Shown here one piece after another: positions 13,351 through 26,312 of a DNA stretch of 64,000 bases. Origin of the DNA: Rhynchobatus australiae. Lineage: Eukaryota. The notes under the pieces were generated by a model. It saw nothing but the letters and a program-made list of their open reading frames with translations. It did no database searches and was not told the DNA's origin. Within the stretch, counting starts at the first letter, position 1, and each line of letters opens with the position of its first letter. Both the position numbers and the translations under genes were made by a program. Location: the NCBI GenBank assembly GCA_034780895.1, contig JAUZTB010000072.1, positions 14,616,373-14,680,372 of the forward strand, read 5' to 3'.

Positions 13351-13526
13351 TGCTCCAGATTCCCGCAGAATCTCTTGTTGAACTCCCCCGCACTTTATTG
13401 CCTGGTTTATTTGAAATTGATTTGATTTCCAAAAATCCAATTTTATCTCAGCCAAAAATAAAATGATTTGGTTTACAAGAACAATTTAAATGATGCAATA
13501 ATATAAAATGTTATATTTTTCCTCAG

Positions 13527-13638
13527 AGCATGCCTTGGCCAGTGTTTCAGCTATAGTGTGCCCAACACCTTCCCACAATCAACTGAATCCCTGGTTCACT
13601 GTGACTCCTGCATGCCGGCACAGTCCATGTGGGAAATT
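13527..13638 (+). CDS. NBL1: NBL1 second coding exon
   Basis: Hand translation (R)[37 protein letters not shown]. Acceptor tttttcctcag, donor gtaagt; phases match the neighbouring exons. Confidence 0.97.
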
Positions 13639-14615
13639 GTAAGTAACAACTTCCTCCTCTTGTGTGTCACCGTCCTGTCTTTGTACACACAGCCTGCCTG
13701 TCTGAATGTGTACAGTCACTCTGCCTGAATATAATGCATCCTAATCATGCTTTGACCTGCATCTATGCAATCACATTCTCTGCACTGCAAGCTTGCTTAT
13801 CCCTCTCTATCTTATTTCACAGATTGGCCAGGAGATCTCTGACCTTTCCACTACTGTTTCTCCTGAAATACTCATCTTACCCCTGTCATACTCCCTCCTG
13901 CAGACTCATTGTTCTGAAATAAAGAATCATTGCATTGTCTCCAACTCTAAAATTCTTGTCCTGAATGTCAGAACTCTTCCACCCATCCTTCTGGAATGTG
14001 CAACCTTTTAAATCTCAAGAATGAGGGTGCCAACTCTCACATCCTGATGAACTTCTTCCCCTCTCCTCCTTCCTCCGCTCTGTCGAAGCTCCCGCAATGA
14101 AAACAAAAACTGCTGGAAACAATCAGCAGGACGGGCAGCATCCGTGGAAGGAGAAAGAGAATTGGGAACTCCGCCTCGGCTTCACCTCAGATCTGAAACG
14201 GTAACTCCGTATCTCTCTCCACAGTCGCTGCCTGGCCTGCTGGGTGTTTCCATCATTTTCTGTTTTTCTTTCAGATTCAGATTAGTTTATAGTCGTATAC
14301 ACCAGGGTGCAATGAAATTCCTTGCTTGTGTGAAGCTCGCAGGGTAAACAATGTACACGGTAATAAGTACAACAATAAGTATAGTGATGAGTGCAAAACA
14401 ATAGCATGGTGCAAAGTACAGTGGTGCAAAATGAAGCAGTGCAAAAAGAAATGCTAAATTAATAATGACAAAAGAGGTAAAATTAAGGGTTCGAGAACGT
14501 GGCAGCACCAGACTTTGACCATCAGCAGTTTTTATGATCTTCTGACACTGTGAGTTCTGACTGCCAATCTAAGTAGTAACACATCAAAGAGTCAATCTAT
14601 AAATATGAATTACAG

Positions 14616-14843
14616 GTCAAGTTGGAATGTCCTGGCAATGAGGCAATGCCCAGGGTAGACAAGCTGGTGGAGAAAATTCTACACTGCAGCTGCCAGGCAT
14701 GTGGGAAGGAGCAGCACCAAGATTCCCAACTTTTTAATGGAATTCTAAATGAGGAGGATGTCTCTCCAGGAGTGGTCGAACCCCATCAGGTCATTCACCA
14801 TGAGAAAGAAGTTGCCCTCAAACATGCCAGAGAAGAAGCCTAG
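14616..14843 (+). CDS. NBL1: NBL1 last coding exon
   Basis: [32 protein letters not shown]...AREEA*. Acceptor tacag at 14611-14615; TAG at 14841-14843. Confidence 0.95.
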   Translation, partial: VKLECPGNEAMPRVDKLVEKILHCSCQACGKEQHQDSQLFNGILNEEDVSPGVVEPHQVIHHEKEVALKHAREEA

Positions 14844-15683
14844 CAAAGTGGACATTTTGATGGAGAAGATGTGGTATAAAATTTCAATTTGTTTTATTTG
14901 TTGAGGTTTTAGAGGAAAAAAAATCAAAGTATAACAAAATTTTAAAAACCATGCAGACTTATTTAAAGAGAAAGTCTTTAAAGAATAACATTTGTTGTAG
15001 AAATCCCATTCAAATAATAATATATACCTCACCAAGGTCCAGCAAAGTATAATTAGAATTTGATGATCAGTGTTGGGTTCACAATACCAGTAATCAAGGT
15101 TTTTATGCCACAGAAATCCCTGTGTGTAGCCATTTCAAACTCATAATTGTTTGTATATAAAATTATAGTTTGTAAATCTGTGTAAACTTTTTTTTCAAAA
15201 TCCTTGCATTTAATTTTCTGGTCGTCAACTTTCTTGACAAGGAGATAAACACAGGGAGAAACAAATAGAATCAGAGCCATAGCAATGGAGGGTTAGAGGG
15301 ACTGAGGCACTGAGACCAGAGTTTTTCTCTCTCTCTCTCTCACACACATACAACACAGGGACAGAGGGGACAGAGAGGCATACTTACAAACACAGCTAAA
15401 AGGACCGAGAAATGGAGAAGTGCATGCACAGTAATGTACACAAGGTTAAAAGGGCACAGCCATACACATACACACAAGTACAGAGACCAAGGGAATACAC
15501 ATATTCATACACATAAAGAGGAGATAGAGAGAATTCAGGTGAATGAACATACACTAGCACAGGCATAGGCATGATGGACAGATGCATGCACACACACACA
15601 CAGTCAGAGAGCTATACACATAAGCACACACAAAGACACAGAGACACAGAGCAAGTGGAGTACACATATGCATGCCCACTTGC

Positions 15684-15686
<3 letters not shown>

Positions 15687-15741
<55 letters not shown>
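15687..15741. repeat. (GA)n microsatellite within a CA/GA-rich low-complexity tract (about 15320-15760)
   Basis: Direct read. Confidence 0.95.
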
Positions 15742-15744
<3 letters not shown>

Positions 15745-16639
15745 AAGAGGAAGTGAGGAAAACCCATGTAGATGAAGAGCTAGGAAGATAGAGACAGAAA
15801 CCTAAACACAGCAGGCAGAGAGATAGTGTTACTGAAGAAACAGATTGCTACATTCATACAGCACAAAAAAAATCACAACTTTTGTTAAGATGAAACTGTG
15901 TAATAGAGTATTTTTGATATATAAGGGTTCAAACCATGGGTTTGATGAAGACCATGTAATGTGGGTGCTAAGACATCACAAAGCTTCCAACTTTGGTCCT
16001 CACTCTGCAATAATATAGGCAATTCCATTTTGGGCTGGTGGTGGTTTGGGGAGAGGGAGCAGGAGTGCCCTTGGCGTCTAAAATATAATGTCAGCGATTC
16101 CACTCCTGATCACCGTTTAGTGGCTTCCATAGCTGAGCAAATGTAGTTGGATGGCCTCAGAATAAAGCAGCCTGCTGACAGTGACTGCACAGGCTCCTGG
16201 GAAGAAGGGCGAGATACCAGTGAGTGACCATGGGGAGAAGGCTGATCNNNNNNNNNNNNNNNNNNCGTTAGATCTGCACCAGCAGGAGTAACTCTCTTTA
16301 AAAAGAGGCAATGAAAAGCAAACCTAAAAGGTGGGGGCGACGGTTGAAGGAAACTTGGGGGTAGGTGGTAAATCGTTCTCATCTTGTTTATACCATTGTG
16401 TTCTTCTGCTCAAATTCTGTACTTATATGTTTCCTTTTGTAAACGTGGATTAAATGTTGATGGATTACCCCTTGCCTCCCTTTGTGGATCTCTGAGGATA
16501 AACCCAGGAATGTGTGGGGCGAATTTTAGTTCACACTGTAGCAACCAGGTTGTAAGATGGAGTGTGTGAATTGCCCAGACCCGTCCCGTCTGATCAGATC
16601 CACTGTAATTAGAAATATGCAAATTGGGCTCCAATTACA

Positions 16640-17045
16640 TACTGTCATAGATTTGGCCCACCATGTCCATGCTGATGTTTTTGCCCAGCTACACTACGCC
16701 CACTTGCCCGCATTAGGACTGTATCCTTCTGTAGCTTGCCTATTTAAGTCTCTGTCTAACGCCTCTTAAATGTAGTAATTGTATCTGATTCCACTGCCTT
16801 CTTTGGCGGCGAATTCCAGATATCAAACACTCACTGTGTAAAAAAAACCTCACCCCTCAGATCCCCTTTAAAACTTCTTCCTCTTGTCTTGTTTTTGAAA
16901 ATGGGAAAAAATTTTGACTCTCTACCCTCTCTACGCCTCTCATAGTCTTACATCAGGTCACCCCCTCAGCCTCCTCTCCAGACAGAACAAGCCCAGCCTC
17001 TCCGATCTCTCCCCATAACCTAGGCACCATCCTAGTGAATCTCCT
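16640..17045 (-). mobile_element. CR1 LINE 3' fragment
   Basis: Same tail motifs (ttggcccaccatgtccatgctga, cactgtgtaaaaaa, ggtcaccccctcagcct). Confidence 0.7.
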
Positions 17046-17194
17046 TGGTTTTCTATGTTTCTACAAGCCCAGTAATTTCTAGGGTAGGGACATGTTCGGC
17101 ACAGCTTTGTGGGCTGAAGGGCCCGAATTGTGCTGTAGGTTTTCTATGTAATCACGTCATTGGCCATTTTACAGTGAGGCCTGAGTGAAAGGGC

Positions 17195-17505
17195 AGGAGG
17201 GCTGCTGCCTCACCGCTCCTGTGACCTGGGTTCGATCCTGACCTCCGGTGCTGTCTGTGTGGCGTTTGCACGTTCTTCCTGTGACTGGGTGGGTTTCCCC
17301 CGGGTGCTCCGGTTTCCTCCCAAAGATGTGTGGGTTCATAAGCTAATTGGCCACTGATAATTGTCCCTGTTGTAGATGGGCGGTAGAGTTGTGGGAAGGT
17401 GAGGAGGTTACAGGGAAANNNNNNNNNNNNNNNNNNNNNTGGGGGGGAGACTGGGATTGCTCTGTGAGCTGGCATAGATGTGATGGGCCAAGTGATCTCC
17501 ATCTA
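17195..17505 (+). mobile_element. tRNA-derived SINE (HE1/V-SINE type)
   Basis: gctgctgcctcac...gacctgggttcgatcc (B box), then tgtgtggcgtttgcacgttct...gggtgctccggtttcctccc core. Confidence 0.85.
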
Positions 17506-20404
17506 TGGGGTAAGAAAATACAGTTTACCTGCTCGGTAAAACCTACCAGAAAAGGCAGCTGACTGGAAGACCTTCCAAGCCCCACAAGGAAACACTGAGC
17601 CTCCTTATATACTTCTGGACCAAGACCCCGACATAGTCCTTGGGACAATTCATGCCACATAGTGAGCAGTCCACTAATGTGGCCTCACAATCAGATGAGG
17701 GTATCCGCTGCTCTTCCCAGATGGACATTGCTGCTATTTTTTGTGCTGGCTAAGAAGTTTCAGAATTGGAGATTTAGTTGGGTTAGCAGTAGGGAAGTAA
17801 CAATTGATCTCTAATGGCCCCTGGACAACATTATGGATAGTGGATGAGGAATAGAGGTGGACTTCACAACGCAGGTGTCAGTGAACAAATGACCTGATGG
17901 AACCCACTATGAAGTTTGCAGGTAAAGAAGGCTAGTTACTGAGGCAGAGAATGCAGGGGTACCTCAGGAGCAATGTTCTGACCTCGAGTTTGCAACAGCT
18001 AATCTTGAGAGCCACCCTAAATAGTCNNNNNNNNNNAGGTGGGTGGTAGAATTGGTGGGGAGAATAAGTTACAGGGAAGGACTAGTGGGGGGCTGCAATT
18101 GCTCTGTCCTTTGATGTCTAAGCTGTGAGCTACTTGGCCCAACATCCCATAATTTCACTATAAGACTGACATTTCTGTACAGTGATACCTATGCTGAACT
18201 CACACCGTTCTCACCAGTTCAGTTAACTCCAGTCTGCATCGACACCAGGAGCACTACGCTGTTCAAACTGTGGCCTGTGAATTCCGGGGATCTACCTACA
18301 ACATTCTGGCAACTCTCATCCTACAACTTCTGGTTTCTTCTTCCCAAATTAAATCCATTTGGAATTTTGAAGCCTGGAAATCTAGAAAGTGTGCCCTTGT
18401 CTCAGTTGTGGATGAGTTTTAAACATGTGTACAGAGGAAGAGAGAGAGAGAGAGAGAGACAGACACAGCAGTGAGGGAGTGAGGCAGAGAGAGATTCCCA
18501 TGTTAATTAGAACATTTGTTTGCAGCCCAGAACTCCAGGGAATGGAGTAAGTTATTCACAAAGCCATGGTTTGGTTACTCCTACTACCAGCTCAGCAGAG
18601 ATGCTCTGGTCAGTAAATCAAAGGTTATGGCTTCAAGAACCTTGTCAGAGATATGAGCAAAAAATATCGAGCTGACAGTGTTACACTGTGGAGACAGGGC
18701 CTCTTTAATATTAAATAGAGGCTCTGTCTCTACTGTGAGGTGGTCATAAAATTCCATGGCATGATTCAAAGAGGAGGAAAGCTCTCCTCACCAACCAACT
18801 GTACCAAGTAAAAGCAAAATTATATAATTATCACATCACTGCTTGTTGGAGCTGAGGCTGTGCTTGTTGGCTCAACAGTACAATCAAGGTTAGACTTCAA
18901 ATTGTCTGTAAAATCCTTTAAGGTGTCCTGTAGGCATGAAGTTACAGGTTGAAACTTTCTAGTTCAGCAAATCTGACCAGAAAATCTGGATCACAGAAAT
19001 TGCCCCGGTCCTCGAATTCCTCTAAACAGGAGAACTGTTCCTTCTAAGTATAGACACTCCCGGATCACATAAGGGTTCTGAGAACTCTCTGTTAGTCGGA
19101 AAAACTGTTGGCTCAGATCATAAAAGTTGCACTGGTAGATTAATTAGCAACAGATTGGTGCAGAATTTGGTTAATTTTAGTTAGAATTAGTTAATAGTAA
19201 AGATCAGTACTACAGATTCAAAACATGCCAGACTACAGGAGTTGCTGGACCACTGAATGTCAGACGAGAAAGTTTCAACCTGTATTTTTTTTAAGTCAGA
19301 AGAAAGGGAACATGTAATCTTTATTGAACTGTTGGGCACTTTTCTCAGTATAACCAAAGCCTTNNNNNNNNNNNNNNNNNNNNNNNNNNNNNNNNNNNNN
19401 NNNNNNNNNNNNNNNNNNNNNNNNNNNNNNNNNNNNNNNNNNNNNNNNNNNNNNNNNNNNNNNNNNNNNNNNNNNNNNNNNNNNNNNNNNNNNNNNNNNN
19501 NNNNNNNNNNNNNNNNNNNNNNNNNNNNNNNNNNNNNNNNNNNNNNNNNNNNNNNNNNNNNNNNNNNNNNNNNNNNNNNNNNNNNNNNNNNNNNNNNNNN
19601 NNNNNNNNNNNNNNNNNNNNNNNNNNNNNNNNNNNNNNNNNNNNNNNNNNNNNNNNNNNNNNNNNNNNNNNNNNNNNNNNNNNNNNNNNNNNNNNNNNNN
19701 NNNNNNNNNNNNNNNNNNNNNNNNNNNNNNNNNNNNNNNNNNNNNNNNNNNNNNNNNNNNNNNNNNNNNNNNNNNNNNNNNNNNNNNNNNNNNNNNNNNN
19801 NNNNNNNNNNNNNNNNNNNNNNNGAGAATGGAATTGATATTTTGGAAACAGCTTGAGGTGCAGGTTGAATGGTTTCTGTCCCTGCGATGTTATGCAAGAC
19901 CTCACTTCAGACTGCATGTCAATCTGCCAACACAGAGGAATGGAGGGTCAAAGGAGGTGCTGGGGAGACAGGACTGGGTGTTATCAGCATAGGTGTGCAA
20001 CCGGATTATACATCTTCAGGTAATGCTGCAGAAAGGGAGCTTTCTGGTGAGAAATGGGAAAGGCTTAAGGATAGATTCTTGATGGAGACTATGGTAATGG
20101 TGCAGATGAGGAAACTGAAGACATTTCAGGATATTCTTTGGAAAGGTACAAATAGACACAGGCAAGTGCAGTCACACTCCACTGGGCAACAGACGAGTTG
20201 GTGATGAATGTTATCGTCAGTTGTGTCATAGACAGCAGAAAAAATGAGAAAGGTGAGAAGCATTGCTCACTGATCATGCAGAGGCAGAATATAATTGGAG
20301 ATATAATTCAGGATTTTCAGAAAAATTGAGGACATGGTTGAGAAGTAAAGTTTGCATGAAGAGAGGGATTTTGAGAAGGGGCAGTCAACAGACTTGAAAC
20401 ACGA

Positions 20405-21000
20405 ACACAAGGACAAACAAACTAGGAGTGGGTGTCAGCCATTTGTCCTTCCAAGCTTCCTCCACCATTCATCAAGATCATGGTTGATCTTCTCCTTAAC
20501 ACCATCTTCCTACACTGTTGCCATGTCCCTTGATTCATTAATCCATCATTTTCTGTTTTGAACAAACTCAATGACTGAGTCTCCCTGGCCTCCTGGGGAA
20601 GATTCACCAGCCTCTGCATAAAGAGATTTCTCCTCATCTCAGTCCGAACAGGTCTGCTCCTTATTCTGAGATTGTAATCCCAGGTTCTAGACTCCTCAGT
20701 CAGGGAAACATCCTCCCTGTTAAGTCCTGTAAGAATTTTGTAAGTTGAAATGAGATCTCCTCTTCTACTTCAAAAGTCTGAAGTACACAAGCTCAGCATA
20801 CTCAGTCACTTTTCATGTGGCAGCTGACATCCCAGGAATCAGCCTGGTGAACAACTTCTATGGCAAGGATATTTTTGTAGGTAAGGAGACCAAAACTGGA
20901 CACAATATTCTGGTGCAATCTCACTGAGGCCCCATGTAATTGCAGCAAGTCACCTTCACTCCTGTACTCCAGTGCACTTTAATAAAGGCCAATATACAAT
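20405..21000 (-). mobile_element. CR1 LINE 3' fragment
   Basis: Minus ORF MRRNLFMQRLVNLPQEARE.QSLSLFKTE.D; + strand tcaagatcatggttgatc tail. Confidence 0.7.
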
Positions 21001-22014
21001 TTAAAAAACACTCTGCATTTTGGCACACCAAAGCAGCAACTTCNNNNNNNNNNNNNNNNNNNNNNNNNNNNNNNNNNNNNNNNNNNNNNNNNNNNNNNNN
21101 NNNNNNNNNNNNNNNNNNNNNNNNNNNNNNNNNNNNNNNNNNNACTAGTGCTAGAGAAACCCAGGTACTTATGCTAGACCCCTGATGAGGCTCAGGTGTG
21201 TGTCATTATGTAATCAGTCCAGCATGGAATCCATGTACTGGACAACACGGCATTAAAGGAGCCAAATTGAGGGCCAGAACTCAGAACCATGACATATATT
21301 CCATCTGCTATGTTCTAGTCCATTCACTCAGTGGGTTTATATCCCCATGAAGCCTCTTTACATCACACTTCCCACTCATAATCCACCAGATGTAACCTCA
21401 GCAGGGCTGGAAATATGACATTTGGTTCTCTCAGCCAAATCTCTGATGTTAATCATGAACATATCACCGAGCAGGAGAAGATCAGCTGGGTCATCAAGCC
21501 TGATCCACACATGACAATTGGACCATTATGGTTCCTCTGGACTCACCTAATCTCAGCTGCCCATATATTTGTTCTTCTTTCTCAACGTGGTTACTTTAAG
21601 ATGTGTGATCTCCAGGAATATGCAAAAAAAAACCCCAGGTCGAGTTAACAATTCCTCTCTGACCTCCTGGAATGATCAAGTTCGGTACGATGCACTCTCT
21701 TTCCCAGTTGGAAAGTGGTTCAGCTCTCTCAGTCATCACCCCACCACACCAGCAGGCAACACGTTCCATAGGGGTGGTACTCTCTGGGAAAAGACAAACT
21801 AAATAACATCCAGTCTTAAATAGAGTGAGGCAGCATATCATCTGGCACAGAGCCAGGAAGGGGAACTGGGTTATTGATATGTTTTGGGGAATATTGTCTG
21901 GGCAGCAAATGGTGGGTCCTACTGATAAGCTGAGCAGAAAGAGCACAGACTGGGAGAGAGGAGTGGAGAGTGGTTATTATTATATTATTATTATAACATC
22001 TATTATTATCCATG

Positions 22015-22042
22015 AGTGAGGTGAGGCGAGGTGAGGTGAGGT
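22015..22042. repeat. (GTGAG)n pentanucleotide repeat
   Basis: gtgaggtgaggcgaggtgaggtgaggt. Confidence 0.85.
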
Positions 22043-22234
22043 CAGTGAGATATCTTAATGGAAGGTCTGAGTACTTGGAGCAAGTGAGTGGCAGGGCAAG
22101 ATTCTGTTCTGATGTTCGCTATTTATGTTCCAGGAAAGGCCCTGGAGGGAAACTGGAGATGTTATCCCAGCGTGAATGAACCGTCATGGAAGTGATATTG
22201 ACAAAAGGGGGTGGAATGCAATTAGACAGTTCAT

Positions 22235-23100
22235 AGGAACTTTCCTTCTCCTTGGGCAGCCCCTTGGGATAGAGGGTGATTTTCATGAGGCCCGCAGACC
22301 TTGCCGTGGGTGGGGCAGGAAGTGCTGGGCGGTGAGGTGGCTGAATTGTTTGGGAGACTCTGCATTCCTTCTGCAGTTTTTCCTTTCCTCCGGATGCTCA
22401 ACGCCTTTGGATGCTCCTCCGTTCTGAGCAGTCATGGGTCAGCGATTCACGACGATATCTCACTTTGTCAAGGAATCTTTGAGAACACGCATGGAATGCT
22501 TCCCTCCTGGGAATGTCTAGCGACGGCAGCGCCTGGAGCGGCCAGTGTCGGCAAGTGGACAACGTGACCACTCACCGGGGCCAGTTTAGTAACGACAGGA
22601 TAGTTGCAAAAGCCCACTTAGTTCACTAGAGTCCTTGGAGGAGATCTGCCACGCTGGTCTGGTCTGTTGAGTGACCCTGAAGTGACGGAGCAGACCAGTC
22701 TGCTGATGGGCACCCAGAGGCGGTGATGGCCGTTGGCCTTGCCAGCTATCCTGGAAAATCAACAACACTTCACAAAGCGGACGAAGTCCATCGCTCCCTC
22801 GGACTGTCAGGCTGCTCCCCCACCCCCCCCGCAATGCTATAGTTGAGTTCTCCGGTGGCTGTTGGAACAGGGGGCTCCTGGCTTGACAACGTGTGACATC
22901 CTCACGAGTCGCTCACTCACGACTGCTCAACCCAGAGAAGGAGTTGATCAGCCCGAGTCTCTGCGAAGGAAAGAGGTCGCACAAGAACTGGTTTGCTCCG
23001 TGTTCCCATCTGTCGGCGGCTCATTTCCCGTACACCCGAGTCGGACAGGACAACACTCAGTGAGACCGGACACCTGAACTCACCGAGGCCCCAGGGTGCG
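22235..23100 (-). mobile_element. RTE LINE relic, same family as 6740-7415
   Basis: Minus strand reads gttctcaaagattccttgac...gaatcgctgacccatgactgctc, matching gttctcaaagcttctcc...gaatctctggcccatgaccactc at about 7173-7245. VLVRPLSFAE resembles a decayed RT FADD motif. Confidence 0.65.
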
Positions 23101-23515
23101 GCCAACGTAACTACCTACCAAAGGAGACCGTTCACAATTCTCCGTCCCTCGGTCTCCCTGCCGTCTAACATCCAGGACAGTCGGGGGTCAGGATGGAACC
23201 TTTGGACGAGTTACTCGGGATTTGTCGAGGGACGGCACATGAACACCGCTGCTCGCAGGCAGCCCGGGCTGCGGTGTGGGGTCCGTTTGCTGCGCATCGC
23301 CATCACTTTTCCAGGCACATTGCTGAGCCGCAGTTGCAATTGGAAATCCTTCGCAGAGTGCAGCCTCGCTGAACGTGGGCACCGCCGGCAGCTGGAACTG
23401 TTGCATGTGTCTCCCCCACCACCCACCCACCCCACCCCGGCTCTGTCCTCCTCCGGTCAGCCTGCGAGGCTGTCGCCATCTGCTCTGCTGCTGCGGTGCC
23501 TCGTCAGCCGTGCGC

Positions 23516-24238
23516 ATGGAGAGGGCAGCGACCGCCGAGGGGAACTCCACCGAGCGGGAGGCCCAGGAGGGCAGTGCGTGGATCGCAGCCTTTCTCTGCC
23601 TCATCAGCCTGCTGACCGTCGCCGGCAATTTCCTGCTGATTTTGCTGATCTTTACGCAGCGCTCGCTGCGCAACACTTCCAATTACTTCCTCGTCTCCCT
23701 CTTCATGTCCGATCTGATGGTCGGACTGGTTGTGATGCCCCCGGCCATGCTGAACGAGCTGTACGGAAGGTGGGTGCTGGACGGCGGCTTCTGCTCGGTG
23801 TGGTCTTCCTTTGACGTGATGTGTTGCAGCGCGTCCATCCTGAACCTGTGTGTGATCAGCCTGGACAGATACCTCCTCATCACCTCTCCCCTGAAGTACA
23901 AGCTGCGGATGTCTTCTAGCCGAGCCCTTTTTCTCATCTTCACCACTTGGACCCTGGCCGGTTTGGCTTCTTTCCTGCCCATTGAGATGGGGTGGCATGA
24001 GATGGACTTTGAGAACCAGACATCCAACTCCGGTCCCGCGGTGGAAGTGCGCGGCGCTCAGTGCAGACTGCTGGTCAGCCTGCCCTACGCTCTCATAGCC
24101 TCCTGTCTCACCTTCTTCCTGCCCTCGGTAGCCATCTCCTTCACCTACTGTCGGATCCTGCTGGCTGCCCGGAGACAAGCTGTGCAAGTGGCCTCTCTCA
24201 CCAGCAACGTGGCCACCACTTCTGATGGCCCCGCGCAG
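23516..24238 (+). CDS. HTR6: 5-hydroxytryptamine receptor 6, coding exon 1 (TM1-TM5)
   Basis: MERAATAEGNSTE...GNFLLI...SLFMSDLMVGLVVMPPAML...FDVMCCSASILNLCVISLDRY...LTFFLPS. Aminergic GPCR motifs typical of 5-HT6; donor CAG|gtaacg. Confidence 0.96.
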
Positions 24239-24671
24239 GTAACGGAGCCGCTTGCAATAGTTCGTTAATTAGCATGAGGTCCACTGCAGCTACAGGTTGT
24301 CCCCGCCGCAAACCTCGGGATAACAGTACACGGGAGGGAGTGCGGGCAGGCGATTCCGATTGCCCCGTGGAACAGACCACGTTCACACCGGGTTTCCCCA
24401 CACGAACCTAATAACTAACCTGAGGAAGCGAGATGATTGNNNNNNNNNNATATATACGCTAAGATCTTTCTGTTTCTCAGTACTTGCTCAGGTCTGATTT
24501 TTTTTCCTTTTCCGCGGTTATGGTGCGGGTTATAATTTATTCAGCAACCAGCTGTGAACACGGAGAACGAGTGCCTCGGCAGCAGGGGCACAGTCAGGCC
24601 ACTGAACTGGGATACAGATTAGTTCCAACAGCCCCCTCGGCTTGTGCACCGGCGCAAGGGGAGCTTTAACT

Positions 24672-24692
24672 TTCAGCACCTCAGACAGCGCC
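24672..24692 (+). promoter_or_regulatory. RE1/NRSE (REST-binding) element in HTR6 intron 1
   Basis: TTCAGCACCTCAGACAGCGCC vs consensus TTCAGCACCACGGACAGCGCC: 19/21 with canonical 2-nt spacing, inside a neuronal gene. Confidence 0.75.
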
Positions 24693-25112
24693 CTGAGCTC
24701 AGGGGCTCCCGCCCGCGCAGCCCACCGGGAGGACGGAGCCTCCACCCCAGCTGTGAGGCACGAAGGTCCTTTTCCGGGCACTCGCCTATGTCCGGCCGAA
24801 TTTGGGAAAATGTTCCATTTCCCAGTTGCATCCACAATTAGGTTTTTTTTTGTCAACACGAAGAAATTGAGAAAATATCCTCCACTTGATTTTATTTTTA
24901 GATTTGCCAAATTTAAACTCAATTTTCAAAAGGTTCAAAGTAATTTCACGAGCCCCCAGCTCTCCCCCCTGTTCAAGAATTGGGAATTACAGCCGCAGGG
25001 ACTCTTCGTGTCCTTTCGTCACTATTTCTGAGGGACTGTTTTATCCTGATACCCGCTCGGATTTCCCTGAGGAAATGCCCCCAGCGTTGACGGCCGCTCT
25101 TCTCATTCACAG

Positions 25113-25271
25113 GTCGCTGGAGCTCGGAATCCATCAGCGGGAGGCAGCGACGGTAGAAAATTTACCACCAAACACAGTAAGAGGGCTTTGAAAGCCAGCC
25201 TGACTCTGGGAATTTTACTGGGAATGTTCTTTGTAGCCTGGCTGCCGTTCTTTGTGGCAAATGTTACGCAG
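25113..25271 (+). CDS. HTR6: HTR6 coding exon 2 (ICL3-TM6)
   Basis: VAGARNPSAGGSDGRKFTTKHSKRALKASLTLGILLGMFFVAWLPFFVANVTQ. Acceptor ttctcattcacag, donor gtgagc; phase 0/0. Confidence 0.96.
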
Positions 25272-26312
25272 GTGAGCATGGGTCGGGGCTGGGGGACGAG
25301 AATCCGTACTCTCCAACAACAAACAAACAATCTGCCGCAGGGACTCAGCGGGCCGAGCAGCGTCTGTGGGGGGATTGTTTGTTGCTCCAGATTCCAGCGT
25401 CTGGAGTCTTGTATCTCCAGTCCCCGGTCTCCAGCTGCCTGGAACCTCTCCACATGCAAGGACTCTCATTTCAAAGTTATTCCGTTATGCCTCTTTAACC
25501 ACTTTACTGCGACAGATGAATTAGGTGGGATCCTATATTAATCCACTTCCTTATCCTCGCGTGTCCAGAGCCGTGAATCAGGACGCCAAGCTCAAAGCTC
25601 AACTACAATCCCGACTGAGCCAGCAAGTGGTGACAGTGGCAGCAGATACCTGTGGAAACATTACACTTGCCCGCCTGGGTTGGAATTACACTAAATCCAG
25701 AGTCCAAAATGGGAGAGCTGCTATTCCGAGGCACTGAATAAACAAGCCTTCGTTCCCCGTGTACCTGCCCCACCGTGCGTGCACCTGCGTTCTGTCCCCT
25801 TGTTGCCCTGTCTCATGCACTTGTTCTATACGCCAATGCCCCTGCCTCACTCACGCCCCGCGTCCACCCTTTGTCTCGGCTTGCTTCTCCCATACGTTTT
25901 CACTGTGGGTGGTGGTCAAAACTGAAACATGCCCTCTGTGGAACTGAATGCTCGGCACAGCGAGCGACTGAAATATTGGATAGTGTTCCTGAGTCTTTGT
26001 TCCTGTTCCTGGCTTTCTGTAGCAGAGGGCGATGGTTTAAGATTCTCCCATCACCTTAATTTCTAAATTCGCCAGATTGCTGCCGCTCCGGATCTCTTCC
26101 CGCTAGATTCAATGTCCACCTTTGGCTCCCGGGAACAGTCCATCGCACTGCTTACACGATGATTTCAGGAAAGTTCACAAGTTCTATCAATTTTCCCTAT
26201 TCCTTGTCGGGTTGGGTTTTAGGGATTTTAAGGAACGTTGTGATTTCACCGAGATGGCCGTTGTGTTCCGGGTGATGACTCTGTGCCATTCTCTGTCCTG
26301 TCGCTCCCGCAG

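Noticed and set aside
19187-19917. Long ORFs of 190-236 aa (likewise near 39000 and 53700)
   Set aside because: Made almost entirely of Ns.
23504-24187. 227-aa antisense ORF over HTR6
   Set aside because: Shadow ORF of a GC-rich coding exon with no recognisable domain.
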